Shown in pieces: positions 1 through 11,633 of a stretch of 20,000 bases of DNA (its first letter is position 1; each line of letters starts with the position of its first letter). The stretch is from Rhizaria sp. SCN 62-66 (lineage: Eukaryota), in the NCBI GenBank assembly GCA_001724265.1, contig MEDY01000138.1:45945-65944 (forward strand), in the 5' to 3' direction. A program made the translations under genes and the position numbers. The notes beneath the pieces are model-generated. The model was not told where the DNA came from, searched no databases, and saw nothing but the letters and a program-made list of their open reading frames with translations.

Positions 1-1637
1 AACATCCAGATGTACAACACTCTGCTGCACGCGTGCGCCGAGCAGGTCGACCTCAACAACGGGCTGCTCGTGTGGCGCTCGCTGTCGACGCACCACGCGC
101 ACCTGCGCGACTCGGCCGTGTTCGAGACGATGATGCGCCTCATCCGCAAGACGATGCACTCGCCGCGGCTGCCGGGACACGGTGGCGCAGTCACCGTCAC
201 TGGTACGCATTGCGATTGATATCATGCTCGAAAGTTTCATTATGCTATCGATAGAGTCAAATCGGAGACACACTGTTACTTTATAGGGTTTATTATTAAA
301 TATTTCCATGTTTCATCACTTGTTATTTATTTATTCACAACACAGCTCACTTTATCATTATACTTCAACTCTTTCGCTTTGTTATATCCCTGCCCAGGCT
401 CTGCGTCGCTGTACGCGCCGCCGCCGGACCAGCTGGCCAAGGACGCGGCGTTGGGGCTGGCGGACGCCACGGGCACCTTCGAGCTCTCGCGCGAGAACCG
501 CATTCGCATGGCCGAGGCTCTATACGCCGAGGCGAAGCTGCTCGCCGCGGGTGCGGAATCGCAGGGCGGGCGCAACTCGGCCGGCGTAGGCGTCGTGCAG
601 CTGCGGCAGCGCCTGTTCGACGAGCTGGTGGGCGTGTACGCGCACGCCATGGTCGGCGTCACCATGTATGAGCGACAGGTATGTATGCGCTTGCCTTCAT
701 GTTTGCTCATCCAGAACAAAACGTGGTTTGCTAAGCTTTGTTAATTTGAGCTGTATTTAGCTAATAATGTTCATATTACTCACCTAAACTCTTGTACTAT
801 ATCCTCTATCGCAACTGTGCTCTCTCTGATGGCATTACAGGAGGAAGAGGAGGGCCGCGGCGACTCCGACCTGCCGATCACGGTCGAGGTTCTCACCGCG
901 ATGGTCGACCGCACGTGGCAGCGCGTCAAGCAGCTCAAGGAGCTCCACCCGGACTCGTTCACGCTGTCTGAGTTTAGTTACTCCTTCATCATCGACATGT
1001 ACGGCGCGTCGCAGCGCATGTCGCAGGCGTGGGGGCACTTCAACCACATGATCCAAGACCTCCACATCCGCCCCACCTACACTGTCTTCAACCAGCTCCT
1101 CCACTGGGCCAGGTACGCGCGAGTATCATAACCTCTATAACAATCTAATCATAACAGTACACAGTGATCGACTGAGATAGTTTGGACTCAAATAGTCACA
1201 CATACTGTGATCTTGCATTTTTCTTCACTTTTTCTTTATTACTTGCTCTTGTTTGCTCATATTTGCCTTGGTTTGCTCTTTTTTGTTTTGCTTTTTCCTT
1301 TCCCAGGGTAAACCGCAACCTGGACGCGGGTCTGCGGTGCATCCGCGAGATGGCTCGCTGCGGCAAGCCCGCCAAGCGCGAGGACGTGCTCTTCTTCCGC
1401 GCGATGCAGCGCGCCGTGGAGACGCCGATCCTGGGCAACACGTTCCCGCGCCAGGTGATCGACTACACCAACACGGACGAGCGTGAGCAGCAGTTCATGA
1501 ACAGGCCGAAGCTGGAGCGCGAGAACAAGCGCGAGCGCGGGCGTAACGACCGCGGCGACCGCCGGCACGGCGAGGCGGGCTTCCAGAAGAGGGCGATGCA
1601 CCCCAACGACTACCAGTCCTCGTACAAGGAGTGGTAA
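1..1637 (+). CDS. Pentatricopeptide-repeat (PPR) protein, 5'-truncated; join(<1..202,398..678,841..1112,1307..1637), 361 aa in window
   Basis: GC-rich exons joined by AT-rich GT-AG introns give one frame (1086 nt) ending TAA 1635-1637. PPR-like motifs: NIQMYNTLLHACAEQVDLNNGLLVWRSL; FSYSFIIDMYGASQRMSQAWGHFNHMIQDLHIRPT; YTVFNQLLHWARVNRNLDAGLRCIREMARCGKPA. Confidence 0.82.
203..397 (+). other. Spliceosomal intron (195 nt, phase 1) of PPR gene
   Basis: G|GTACGC ... ccctgcccAG|GC; AT-rich; splicing restores frame (..VTVTG-SASLY..). Confidence 0.85.
679..840 (+). other. Spliceosomal intron (162 nt, phase 0) of PPR gene
   Basis: CAG|GTATGT ... cattacAG|GAG; AT-rich, contains in-frame TAA. Confidence 0.85.
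1113..1306 (+). other. Spliceosomal intron (194 nt, phase 2) of PPR gene
   Basis: AG|GTACGC ... long T-rich tract tttcctttcccAG|G; joins HWAR-VNRN within a PPR motif. Confidence 0.85.
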
Positions 1638-2277
1638 GCGCAGCAAGTGTGTCGTGTTTTTTTTTGCGCTGTTCGACTGGGCAGGCGAGTGACTGTGAAA
1701 ACTCGGCTGCGAACTTGCAAACAAATTGAAAAACAGAGTCTGCTGAAGTTGAGGATATGAAAGAAGAAATGTATTTATTTTAATTTATTATTATGATGAG
1801 ATGTTGTAAACTTACGCTGTTAAAGAGCGTTATGTCTATGTAGGTAATGATAGTGTAGCATGCACGCTTAGTGTTTGACGAACAACTTTTGATGATGCAT
1901 ACAGTAAATCGATTGCCAAATTAAAGCACGTAATTAAGTTTGCTCGTGTCATTATGTTTGCAGATGCATTTATATCTTCTTCAATTCCGTTTGAGTATCG
2001 TGCGTGGAGCTCTCCGCTCGATTTTCAAGTTGTATAAATGTGTATGTTGTGAAATCCTGATCATTCTAATGAAATCAGATAGATTCTAGAATTATAGTGA
2101 ATATATATGTAACGTTATCATAGTTTTAGTCATAGTCTTTGCGTTATTATTCTAATTGTAGTTATATCGTCGTCATATAAGCACGTCATGCAGTTGGTCA
2201 CACAAGCAGCCAAACGGCATTGATTCTGTGCGATATGAGCAAGCAGTGTTTTGTGTTGCTTGTCGTCTTCGTATTTT

Positions 2278-5200
2278 TCACCACTCCTGCTGCTCCTCTT
2301 CATCCCCGTCACCAGTCGACTCGCCGTGGTTGTTGTTGTGCGCCACCGACGGCACCGGCAGGTCCACGTCGTCAATCCCGCTCGCGCCAGTACTCGCGGG
2401 GTGACTCTCGGGGTGACTCGCGGCGGGGCGGTCCCGGGGCGTGTTGCCGTTGCGCGGGGTCGGCGGGCCAGGGGCGAAAATGACAGACTCGTCCGACAGC
2501 CCCAGCGGCAGCCCGAGGCCCACGTCGGCCGCGGTGACAGAGCCCGCGCTGGTGAGGTCTACGACGTCGCCGACCGCACCCGCGCCGTTATCGCCGCCGC
2601 CGCTGTGGTGCTGCCCGTGGGGGTGGTGCTGAAGGCCAGCGTGACTGGCGCTGTCGTGGCCGTGGCCGTGGGCAGACGCGGTCTTGTTTCTCCCACTTGC
2701 AGCGCTGCTGCTGTTGGCGGTGTGGCCGTTAGCCTGGCCGTGCGACAGCGGCTGCCCGGAGTGGGCCGCGAACGGCGACAGTCCGCTCGGCGGCGGCGCA
2801 GGCCTGCGCACCGGGCTCGTGTTCGCGACGGCGGTGCCAGCAGCGGGCCTGATGTTGTTGTTGTTCGCAGCAGGGGCAGCAGCGGCGGCGGCGGCGGCGG
2901 CGGCGCGGGAGGCCTTGGCGCGTTCTGCCAAGCGGGCCGTGACGGCGGCGGCGGCGCGGCTGGGCGTTGCGCTCGCGCTCGCGGTGCCGCTAGAGCCGGC
3001 TCCGGCCGCAGCGCCTCCCGCGTTGTTACTATGGGAGATGAAGGAGCGGCGGCGGGCGGGGGTGGTGTTGGCGGACACGCTGCCAGCGCCAGCGCCAGTC
3101 GCCGCACCTGCACTGGTGGCAACAGCACCGGCAGCGGATGGCTGACTCGTGGCATTGTGACTGTCGTTCGCGGCGGCGGCCGCGGCGGGGGCTCTAGCGT
3201 TGTTAGAAACCTTTCTAGGGCTCGCGTACGCGTTGTTGTGGCCGTTGCCGTTGCCGCCGGCGTAGTTGTGCGAGCTGCTGGCCATACTGAGCGCGCGGGG
3301 GGTGATGGCCATGTTGAAGTCGTCGCTGGAGAGCGCGTCGTCGAACAAATCGTCCGCGCCGACCACGCTGTCGCCACTCGGGGGGTTGTTGTTGTTGGCA
3401 TTGCTCGCGGCAGCAGCAGGGGCGCTGGCGTCCTTCTCAGCAGCAGCAGCAGCAGCAGCAGGGTGGCCATGTGCGGCGTCTGTCACAACAGTTGTATTGG
3501 TCGATGCGACCGACGACGACGGAGACAGCACGACCGTGAGCGCATACTGACCACCAGCAGCAGCAGCGCTTGCGTTGTTGTTGTTGATGTTGTGGATAAG
3601 CGAGGGCACTGGAAGCTCAGTCACGACGTCGCCCTCCTCCGCGTCAATACCACCGGCACCGCGACCGCTCGCAGCACTCACGGCGCTCACACTCGCCGTG
3701 CTCGCGTGGCTACTGCCGCCGCCGCCGTTGGAATTCGCGCTGTTGCTGTGACGGTTGGTGCTGTTGGCGAGGGGCGTGACGGTGCGCGAGTACGCTGGGG
3801 GTGCGCCAGAGCAGTCCCGCGGCGACCCGAAGCGACTGCTGTTACTCGCAGTACTGGCGTTCAGGTCGTGCTCTGTCGACGCCGCGACCGCGTTCAGCGT
3901 CAGCGCGTCGCTGCCGCCACTGCCGGTACCGGCGACGGAGGCGCTGCTGAGGGCCTTGCTGCAGACAGCCGTGCTGATGCTGGTCGCGGGGGCGGCCACG
4001 ATCTCATCGTCGTCGTCGTCACCGTGATACTCGCCGAACGGCGACAGCTTCGCGTGGCGCGGGCTCTCAATGGCGGGGCACAGGCCGGCGCCGCTGCCGC
4101 TGTCGACGTCGACGTCGACGAGGCTGTGCTCAGCAAACGACAGACTAGCCAACTGCGACTGCGGCTGCAAGTGCGCGTGCGAGTGCGAGGCGTTGGCAAA
4201 CGCGGCGGCAGCGACGGGGGTGAGAGTCGGAGCGACGATCTCGTCACAGTCATCGTCGTCGTCGTCGGCAACGGCGGGCGCGGCCGCGTTGAGCGCGTGC
4301 ACCTCGACGGTGGGGCTAGCAGTGACAACAACAGCAGCAGCAGCAGAGGCTGGGACAGGAGTGCTCGCAGTGGCCGCAGGCTTCGGCTTAGCTGCAGCGG
4401 CGACGCCAGGGGAGCCAAACGAGTACCGAGTCTTCGCATTCGCACCGGCACCGGCAGCAGCGCCCGCGCCCGCCTTCGTACTATGGGCAGGGCTCGCCAT
4501 AATGCTCCCCGTGCTCTGGCGGCTTAACTTCTTCGCCCCCGCCGCCGCGGCCGCGGGCGACACGAGTCCGGTGCTGCTCAGAGTGGTGCGCGTCGAGGGG
4601 GACGCTGGGGGCAGCCCGGTCATCGTGGTGCGCCGCGACAGCTTGCTGCCGCTGCCGGGGCCCGTATTGGCGACGGCGTTGGAGGGCGACGTGAGGCTGC
4701 CCTTGACGCGCACCGACGGCGACGGCGACGGCGACATGGCACTGACGGCGCCCGCGTTAGCGCTGCTGCTGCTGCTACCACCGCCCGCGGCGGCGGCGGC
4801 CTTTTTGGCCTGCTTGAGTTTGTATTCGCGCAGGCGCTGGCGTGCAGCGTCAGAGGCCGACAAGCCCGCGCCTGCGCCGGCGGCCGCGGTCGTCGTCGGA
4901 GTCGGCGGCGGCTGAAGCAGCAACGCCGTGCCCGCCACGTTGGCCTCACCGGCGGCGCTGGCATTGGCGGCGTTGTTTGTGACTGAGGAGCGGCGCGAGC
5001 GCGGTAGCGATGACGACATCAGCGGCGTCGCAGCATTGGCAGTCGCGGTGGGCGAGGGCGCCGTAACCGCGAGTGTGATTGAGGGCGAAGTCAGCGAGGC
5101 GGACGTGCGCGACTGCGCGGGCTTCGGAGGAGGCGTCATGAACGGAGAGTCCGCCGTGGCGGGGGATGAGGGCGCAAGATATGGAGAGGGCGGCGCTGGC

Positions 5201-8200
5201 GGAGGGATCAGAGACGCCTTCGTCTGCGCTGCTGTCGCTGGGGCCGCAACGGGCAGGGGCACGACAACTGCAGCGAGCTCTGGCTCAGGCTCAGGCTCGG
5301 CCTCAGTCGGTGTCCCCGGCTCGGTGTTCGCTTCGCCGCTCAAGTTGTTATCAGCAGAGAGGCGGAACGACTCCAAGCTATTGCTGTTGCTGTTGCTGTT
5401 GCTGCTAATGTCGGTCTCCTGCTTAGACTGCGCAATTCTCCCTCTCTCTCCATCCCTGTCCCTGTCCTTGTTGGCGAGCGCCAGCGCGATGAGCGGGCTG
5501 CCAGTGGCCAGCGCAAGCATCGTCGGCGTCACGACGGCTGACACGGCGGCGCAGCGGCACTTGCAGTTATCCGCCGCCCCCGCACTTGCATCGCCGGCGT
5601 CCACGTCTAAGGGGGTCGTGCTGAGACCGCTGTCCGCATTGACGGCGGCGCTGACGGGGGGCTTGGGACGCGGGTGGGCCGCGGCGACGAGCGTGCGCAG
5701 CGCCTCCCGCAGCTGCTTGATCTGCGCGTCCTTCAGCATCAGCACCGCGTTGTTCGGTGGCGGCGCTGCGTGTGCATGCGGGTGCAAGTGCGCGTTCCCG
5801 TGGTACGGCGAGCCAGAGCCAGAGCCGGCGCTGGCGCTGTGTTGGGTGAGCGCTGCCAGCGAGGGGGAGCGCGGCACTGCGCCGGAGATGCGCAGACTCG
5901 CGCTGGCGCTGCCAGCCGTACTCGCACTCGCTCCAGCAGTGTTGGTGGCGCTTACGCTGTGGCCGGGGCTTGAGGTCGCAGCAAGCGCGTTGCTGCCCGC
6001 GCTGCTGCTGCTGCTGCGCGCTGCTTTCGTGGCGGCGGCGAGACGCGTTGTGAGGTCGTCGATACGGCTCTTGTGGATGACGGCGTCACGGTTCTAAATG
6101 ATATGAAACAAACATATATGCAGCATACAGCACAAATTAGCCAAAATTAGAGTGCAATATAACTGTCTTTTACACATCGTTTTACTTGAAAGCACACACA
6201 CATCACTCGTTATTGACAAGTGTGCCACATTTCACTAAATTCACTCGATGTCACTTTGTTCTACAGTCATCACAGTTCACGTACCCTGTCAATTTGCAGC
6301 TGCGCAAGCTTACTCTCCGCAGCCTCCCTCTCCCTGATCGCGTCCTTGGTCGCCTGCTGCTCCTTCTTCAGCAGCGCCGCCGCCGCCGCCCCCGCTACGC
6401 CCGCAGCGCCCGCGCCACCGGAAGCACTGTTTGTTTTCTTGTCAGCGAGCTGCTGTGCGCGCCAGAGCTCGCGCTTGAGCTCGTCCGTCTCCTTGGCCTT
6501 AGCCGCCGCAGTGACGGAGGCCTCTTTGAGCTTAGCCGCGGCGTCCGCGCGGGCTTTTTCGACCTGCTCGGCCTTGTCGGCGACCTAGAAAATGTCGTGA
6601 AACACGAATCAAAGAAAAGGTGGGATTAGGCCAAAAGTGATATGAATATGATAAAATACTGTGAGTAAGATGTAATGGAGCATTGAATTATAAGAACAAT
6701 ACAAGGTTGACAGAAAGCAACTTGTTGTTATCTTAGAGACATATGTAGCCCCGCGTACCTGTGCTTCGAGCGCCTTGATGGTCTTGAGCGCGGCCCTCTG
6801 CGCCGCCGCATGCTTCGCGCTGGCCTCCTCCAGCAGCAGCTTAAAGCGCAGCGCGGCGCCGGCGTCAGCGTTGGCGGTGGCCGCCGCGGGGAGACGGACC
6901 GTGCGGACGCGGCGCGCAAACAGCAGCGTTGAATGGGACTCGAACTGGTGCACCGCGCTCGGGGACAGAGTGACAATGAGCGCAGTCTTGCTGTTGCCGC
7001 CCAGCGAGTCCTGCAGCAGGTACGTCAGCTTGCTGTTGCGATACGGCACGTGCTGGCCCTGCTGCTGCTGCTCAGAGTTAGCGGCTGCGTTCGCAGTAGA
7101 GCCAGTCGTCACAGCGTTCGAGTTGGTATTCGCATTGTTATTGTTGCTGTTGTTATTATTGGAGGCGGTGGCGAGTGCTTGGAAGACGTCCGACAACGCC
7201 GCAAGCGATTTTCCGATGTGCGCCGCCTCAACAAGCCTGATGCCCTGCGCACCGGTCTTGGCCACGCGCTCCGAGCCCGCCAGGTCGACCAGCGTGAGCT
7301 TGCCGAAGGTGCGCGCGCGCGTCGCCCGGTTGTGGCCCACCAGCGACAGCTGCAGGATCACGTGCGAGCGCGTTGAGTGCTCGTTCATGCCCGTCGCGCC
7401 CACCGCCCTGTTGTTGACGCCGCGGTCGATCACGGCCAGCGCGTGCGCCGCGGTCGGACACAGCGCGCGCGTGGAGCCGGCGACGAACATACCGTGGCGA
7501 CCGCGCCGCACGCGCAGGTCCGTCGACTCGGCGGCGGCGGCGGCCGCGGCCGCGGCGGCCGCGGCAGTCGCTGTCGCGGAGGTCAGCGTCATATTCTGGA
7601 GTAGCAGAGCAAATATGCAAGTTTTCGAGACATAAAATAGTGTTTTTAAAATATAAATCAATGTTATTAGTGACATATTTGAGTTTAGGCTGGCGTCAGC
7701 AGTGCATAGTTCATCAAATATCCTTGTTATACAAATATCAATTTAGACTTGCAAGTCAGGTCACAATGCTCTTGACCACTTCATCTTGGAAGGACGTACG
7801 CTGAGAGTGCGCGCCGGGAACGGCGACCCCATGCCGCCGCCAGTCGCCGCCGCAGCGGAGCTGACTGCGCGGTTCAGCGCGGGGGACCCCACCGTGCCGG
7901 CAGTGTTGGCGTTGCCGCTGCCGCCGGCGCCGGCACCGGTGCTAGGATGGCGTCGGGGCTTGAGGCCGGAAGTCGCAGGCGAACCCAGTTGCTGCTGCGA
8001 CTGCTGCTCTTTGTTCGCACCAGCAGCAGTGCTGTTTCCGGTCGCGCTCGCGTTCGCCGCGTCAATGACCGCGCTAGAGCTGCTGGCGCTAGCGTTGTTG
8101 TTGTTGCTGTTGCTGCTGCTGCTGCTGCTGTCGGCGTTAAGATTGAGGTCGAGGAACAGATCGTCGTCGTCGGTGCCCTCAGCGCTCCACCGAGTGAAGC

Positions 8201-11200
8201 GAGCCTGCGTCAACAGCTGCGTTTGAGTCAGCCCATCAACAACAACGCCGCCAGCGACGTTAGAATTCGCGTCGGGTTGACTCGGGGCGGTGGCAACAAG
8301 CGTCATGTTGGCGTTACCAGTGTTGGCGGCCACGTTGTTGGCGCTAGCGTGGGACGGCAGGCGGGAGAACACCGCCGCTTCGGCCGCGACGGGCGCGAGC
8401 AAGTCGCGGATCGTCTCGTTGTAGATCTCCAGCAGCGACACGTGCAGCTTATACTCGAATCCTTCGTCGTCGCTGCCGCTGGCGACACCGCTGTTCGCGT
8501 TACCATCGCCATTCTCATCAATGGACGCAGCTGCGAGAGCGTTGGCGAAGTTGTTGCTATTGCTGCTACCGCGGGCGAGTGCGGCGGCGACCATTGCGTG
8601 CACGGCCCTGGGGGCGACGCCGGGATCCCCGCCGCTGCCGAACATCGTGTGGGTCTTGCCGGATCCGGTCTGTCCGTACGAGAACACGCACGCGTTGAAT
8701 CCCTCCAGCACCTCAGTCACCAGGTCCCCGACCTGCGCGTACACGTCCGCCTGCGAGTCCAGAGGCGTGAGCACGCGATCCAGCGAGAAGAGCGAGTAGC
8801 TGGCAGGGTCGCGAATGTGGCTCGGCAGCGCCGCTAATGCAGCCGTCGCATTCTCGCCCGCACCGACAAGCGCGTCCGTGTTGTCGCCGCCGTCGGCAAG
8901 GGCGAGGGCGCTGTCGCCGTCAGGTGCAGGGACCGTGAGCGCGGGGGTCGCGACTCCGTCAGCGCTGTTGGAGTTTGAGTCGGCCCCACCCGCAGCACCG
9001 CTAGCAGTAGCGGCCGCAGCGGTAGCGTTGGTGGATGGCGCGACAGCGCCGGGTTTCAACACCGCGACTTGCTTGATATTGACGAACTCAACCGTGGTCA
9101 AGCCGCCCGCAAATGCAGTTGCAATCTCGAGCTGGCCCTTAGACGGCAGGGGAGCACTTACATTAGCGAAGTTGAAGCCAGCAGCGTTCGCCGCGCGCGG
9201 CGTACTTACACTCAGCGCGCGGGGAGTCCCACTCGTACTTACTCCCTGCTGCTGCTGCTGCTGCTGCTGCTGTTGTTGTTGTTGCAGTAAATACATCTGC
9301 TGCTGTTGCTGCTGCTGTTTGAGCGACAGTAGCCGCGCCTTGACCGCGGCCTGCTGCGCCAGCGGCCGCGGCGCCTGCTTCTGCTCCGCGGTGGACAGCG
9401 GCCGGACACGGGCCAGCACCCGGATGCTGCCAAACGTGCCGGCAAAACCGCCGTTGTTGCCGCCGATGAGGCCGGCGACGAAGCTGTTAGGGTTGAACGC
9501 AGCGGAGGCGTTGCTGGTATGATCGGGCATAAAGGGGAGCGACGCCGTGCGGTTGTAGCTCACCATAGGCATACTGGTACTGTTGCTGTTGTTGCTGCTG
9601 TTGCTGTAGAACTGCGCCGAGGAGGGCGTGAGGGGCGGCGATACAGGGAGCACGATCGGCGCGCATCTGTTGCTGTTGGCGCCGCTGTTGACAGCAAACG
9701 CAGGCGTGTTGAGGTTGATCGTGGTCTCACCGTCGGCCGGAGCAACGCTGCTGCTTGCAATCGCGCTCGCGTTCGCGCTTGCCTTCGCCGCCTCAGCCTC
9801 CGCCTTGGCCTCAGCCGCCGCCTTGACCTCAGCCTCCGCCTTGGCCTCGGCCGCAGCCGCGGCCGCAGTGGCAGCGGCGGCCTCCGCCCTGGCCTTCTCC
9901 AGCTCCTTCTTGAGCGCTCCCTCCGCCGCCGCGCTGGCGCTGATCGCTGCCGCCACCGCCGCCGCGACGGCCGCTGCGCGCTTCTTGTCCCCCTCGTCGT
10001 TCGCAGCTGCCACGGCGGCGGCCACGGCGGCGGCGGTCTTGCTGTCGGCGTCGGCGGCAGCGGCGGCCGCGGTGGCATCGGCCTCGGCGCGCATGCCTTG
10101 GAGCGCCACGGCGTTGGTCTCAGCGATCGACGCGCGCTGCACCGACTGTGCGCACGCGGCCTGACTTTCGACGAGCGCGGCCTCGAGCTCAGCGATACGA
10201 GCATTAGCAGTGACACTGTCAGTGTTAGTTTCGTTGTCGTTGTCAGTGTCGGTCTTAGTCTCGGTTGCAGTCACGGTGTTGTTGCTACTGTTCTTTGCAT
10301 TTGCTTCTGCTTCAGACTTTGCAGCAGCAACAGCAGCAGCTATGGCAGTTTCCCTCTCTGCCTTAGCTTCAGCCTGAGCCTGAGCCCTCGCTTCAGCGAC
10401 AGCCTTCGCAGTCGCGGCCTCCGCCTCCGCCGCAGTCACGCTGGTCTCGGGTGTCGCGCTTGCAGTTGCAGCTGTCGCGGCAGCGGCAGCGGCAGCGGCG
10501 GCGGTGGCGGCGGCGTGTCGAGACGCCTCGGCCTCGAACGCGGCCGCGTCCCTCTCGGCCACGAGCGCCTCGCACTGCGCCTGCAGGCTGTCGCGGGTAC
10601 CCGTGAGGAGCTCGCGCTCCGCCGCAGCCAGGTCGCGCTCTGCCACGGCCGCGTCGAGCTCGGTGCGAGTGGCCTCCGCGAGCGCAGTCGCCGCGGCAAG
10701 CTGTGCGCTTGCGTCGTGCAGATGTGCGCTCGTGTCCCGCAGTTTCTCACTGGCTGCAGAGAGCTGGGCGGAGTAGTCGTCGCGCTCGGCCTCGGAGATC
10801 TCGAGTCTTTCCTCCAGATCCTTGGCTTTGGCTTCAGACGCCTTGGCCTGCGAGGCAAGCTCCGCAGTCTTGGCTTCCAGATCCTTCGTTTTAGCTTCGA
10901 GCTCGGCTGATGTGGCACGCAGAGCCGCGAGCTCGGCGTTGGCAGCCTCTGCGGCAGCCTGCGCCTCCGCAAGCGCCTTCTTGAGCTGCTCACAGTCACT
11001 CTCAGACGGCGCACTTGCAGGTGCAGTCACCGTCGCCGTCGCGTCGCTGTCAGTGCTAGTTGACTGTCGCGCAGCGAGCTGTAGCTGCACGGTGGCCAAC
11101 TGCGCGGCCGCAATCTCCGCCTTGGCCTCGGCCTCCTCTTTCTCAGCTTTCGCGACCTCGAGTCTCTCTACGGCGTTCTCGGCCACATCGTGCGCCTCGT

Positions 11201-11633
11201 CTCGCTCCCGCTCCGCCGCCGCCAGGGACGCGGCTGCGCGCTGCCGCTCGCGGGCCTCGCGGTCCGCCGCGTCCTCGGCCGCGCTCAGCCGCGCGCGCAG
11301 CGCAGCCAGGGCCTCGCTGTTGGCCGCAGCCGCAGTCGCGGTCGCAGTGGCAGCGGCGAGTTGAGACTCGTGTTCGGCGAGTGTGATGAAGCCTTCGCCA
11401 GGAGAGCCAGCGGTAGTACTGTTAGAGCTATTGTCGGTAGAGCTCGCGTTGGATAGAGCTTGAGCACGCGCATCGGCGAGCTGTGCTGTGAGCGTGGAGA
11501 CTTCGCTTTCCAGCTCGTCCTCAATGGTTTTGCTGCTTTCCTCAAGCTCTTTGAACTCTCTCTCGAGCACGCGGTAGCGGGCCTCCCAGTCGCCGCTCTC
11601 CGCAGTGGGCGCGAGCGGGGACGGGGAGCTCAT
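2278..11633 (-). CDS. Giant kinesin motor protein, kinesin-14-like; complement(join(2278..6093,6285..6584,6759..7595,7800..11633)), ~2928 aa
   Basis: Motor motifs in order: GSIRVLARVRP (~9431), FSLDRVL, GFNACVFSYGQTGSGKTHTM (P-loop ~8652-8675), LEIYNETIRDLL, NEHSTRSH (switch I), LVDLAGSER (switch II), HVPYRNSKLTYLLQDSLGGNSKT. Coiled coil before and after the motor. Three phase-0 introns keep frame. ATG 11633 has an in-frame TGA just upstream; the gene ends TGA 2278-2280. Confidence 0.9.
6094..6284 (-). other. Kinesin intron 3 (191 nt, phase 0)
   Basis: Minus strand AGG|GTACGT ... gctaat ... catttAG|AAC CGT GAC; exon 4 is in frame with ORF 2278..5877. Confidence 0.85.
6585..6758 (-). other. 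Kinesin intron 2 (174 nt, phase 0)
   Basis: Minus strand CAG|GTACGC ... cctaat ... ttttctAG|GTC GCC GAC; the 300-nt exon 3 (VADKAEQVEKARADA...QIDR) is absent from the ORF track because it has no start codon. Confidence 0.85.
7596..7799 (-). other. Kinesin intron 1 (204 nt, phase 0)
   Basis: Minus strand AGC|GTACGT ... cactaat ... ctactccAG|AAT ATG; AT-rich. Confidence 0.82.

Noticed and set aside
1635-1760. Ciliate-type code with both UAA and UAG as Gln
   Set aside because: No internal in-frame TAA in any modelled exon, and the PPR TAA is followed quickly by T-rich UTR-like sequence, so UAA behaves as a stop.
2251-6097. Long + strand ORFs (758 aa at 2251..4527, 389 aa at 4928..6097, and others)
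   Set aside because: Antisense shadows of kinesin exon 4; GC-rich repetitive codons deplete stops, and the translations show no domain-like content.
6609-7676. 355-aa ORF as a standalone kinesin gene
   Set aside because: It is exon 2 (6759..7595) read into flanking introns; it lacks the P-loop, which lies in exon 1.
10200-10385. Locally AT-richer stretch in kinesin exon 1 as a cryptic intron
   Set aside because: The frame stays open with Ala/Glu/Thr-rich sequence like its flanks, and no GTAYG...YAG boundaries were found.
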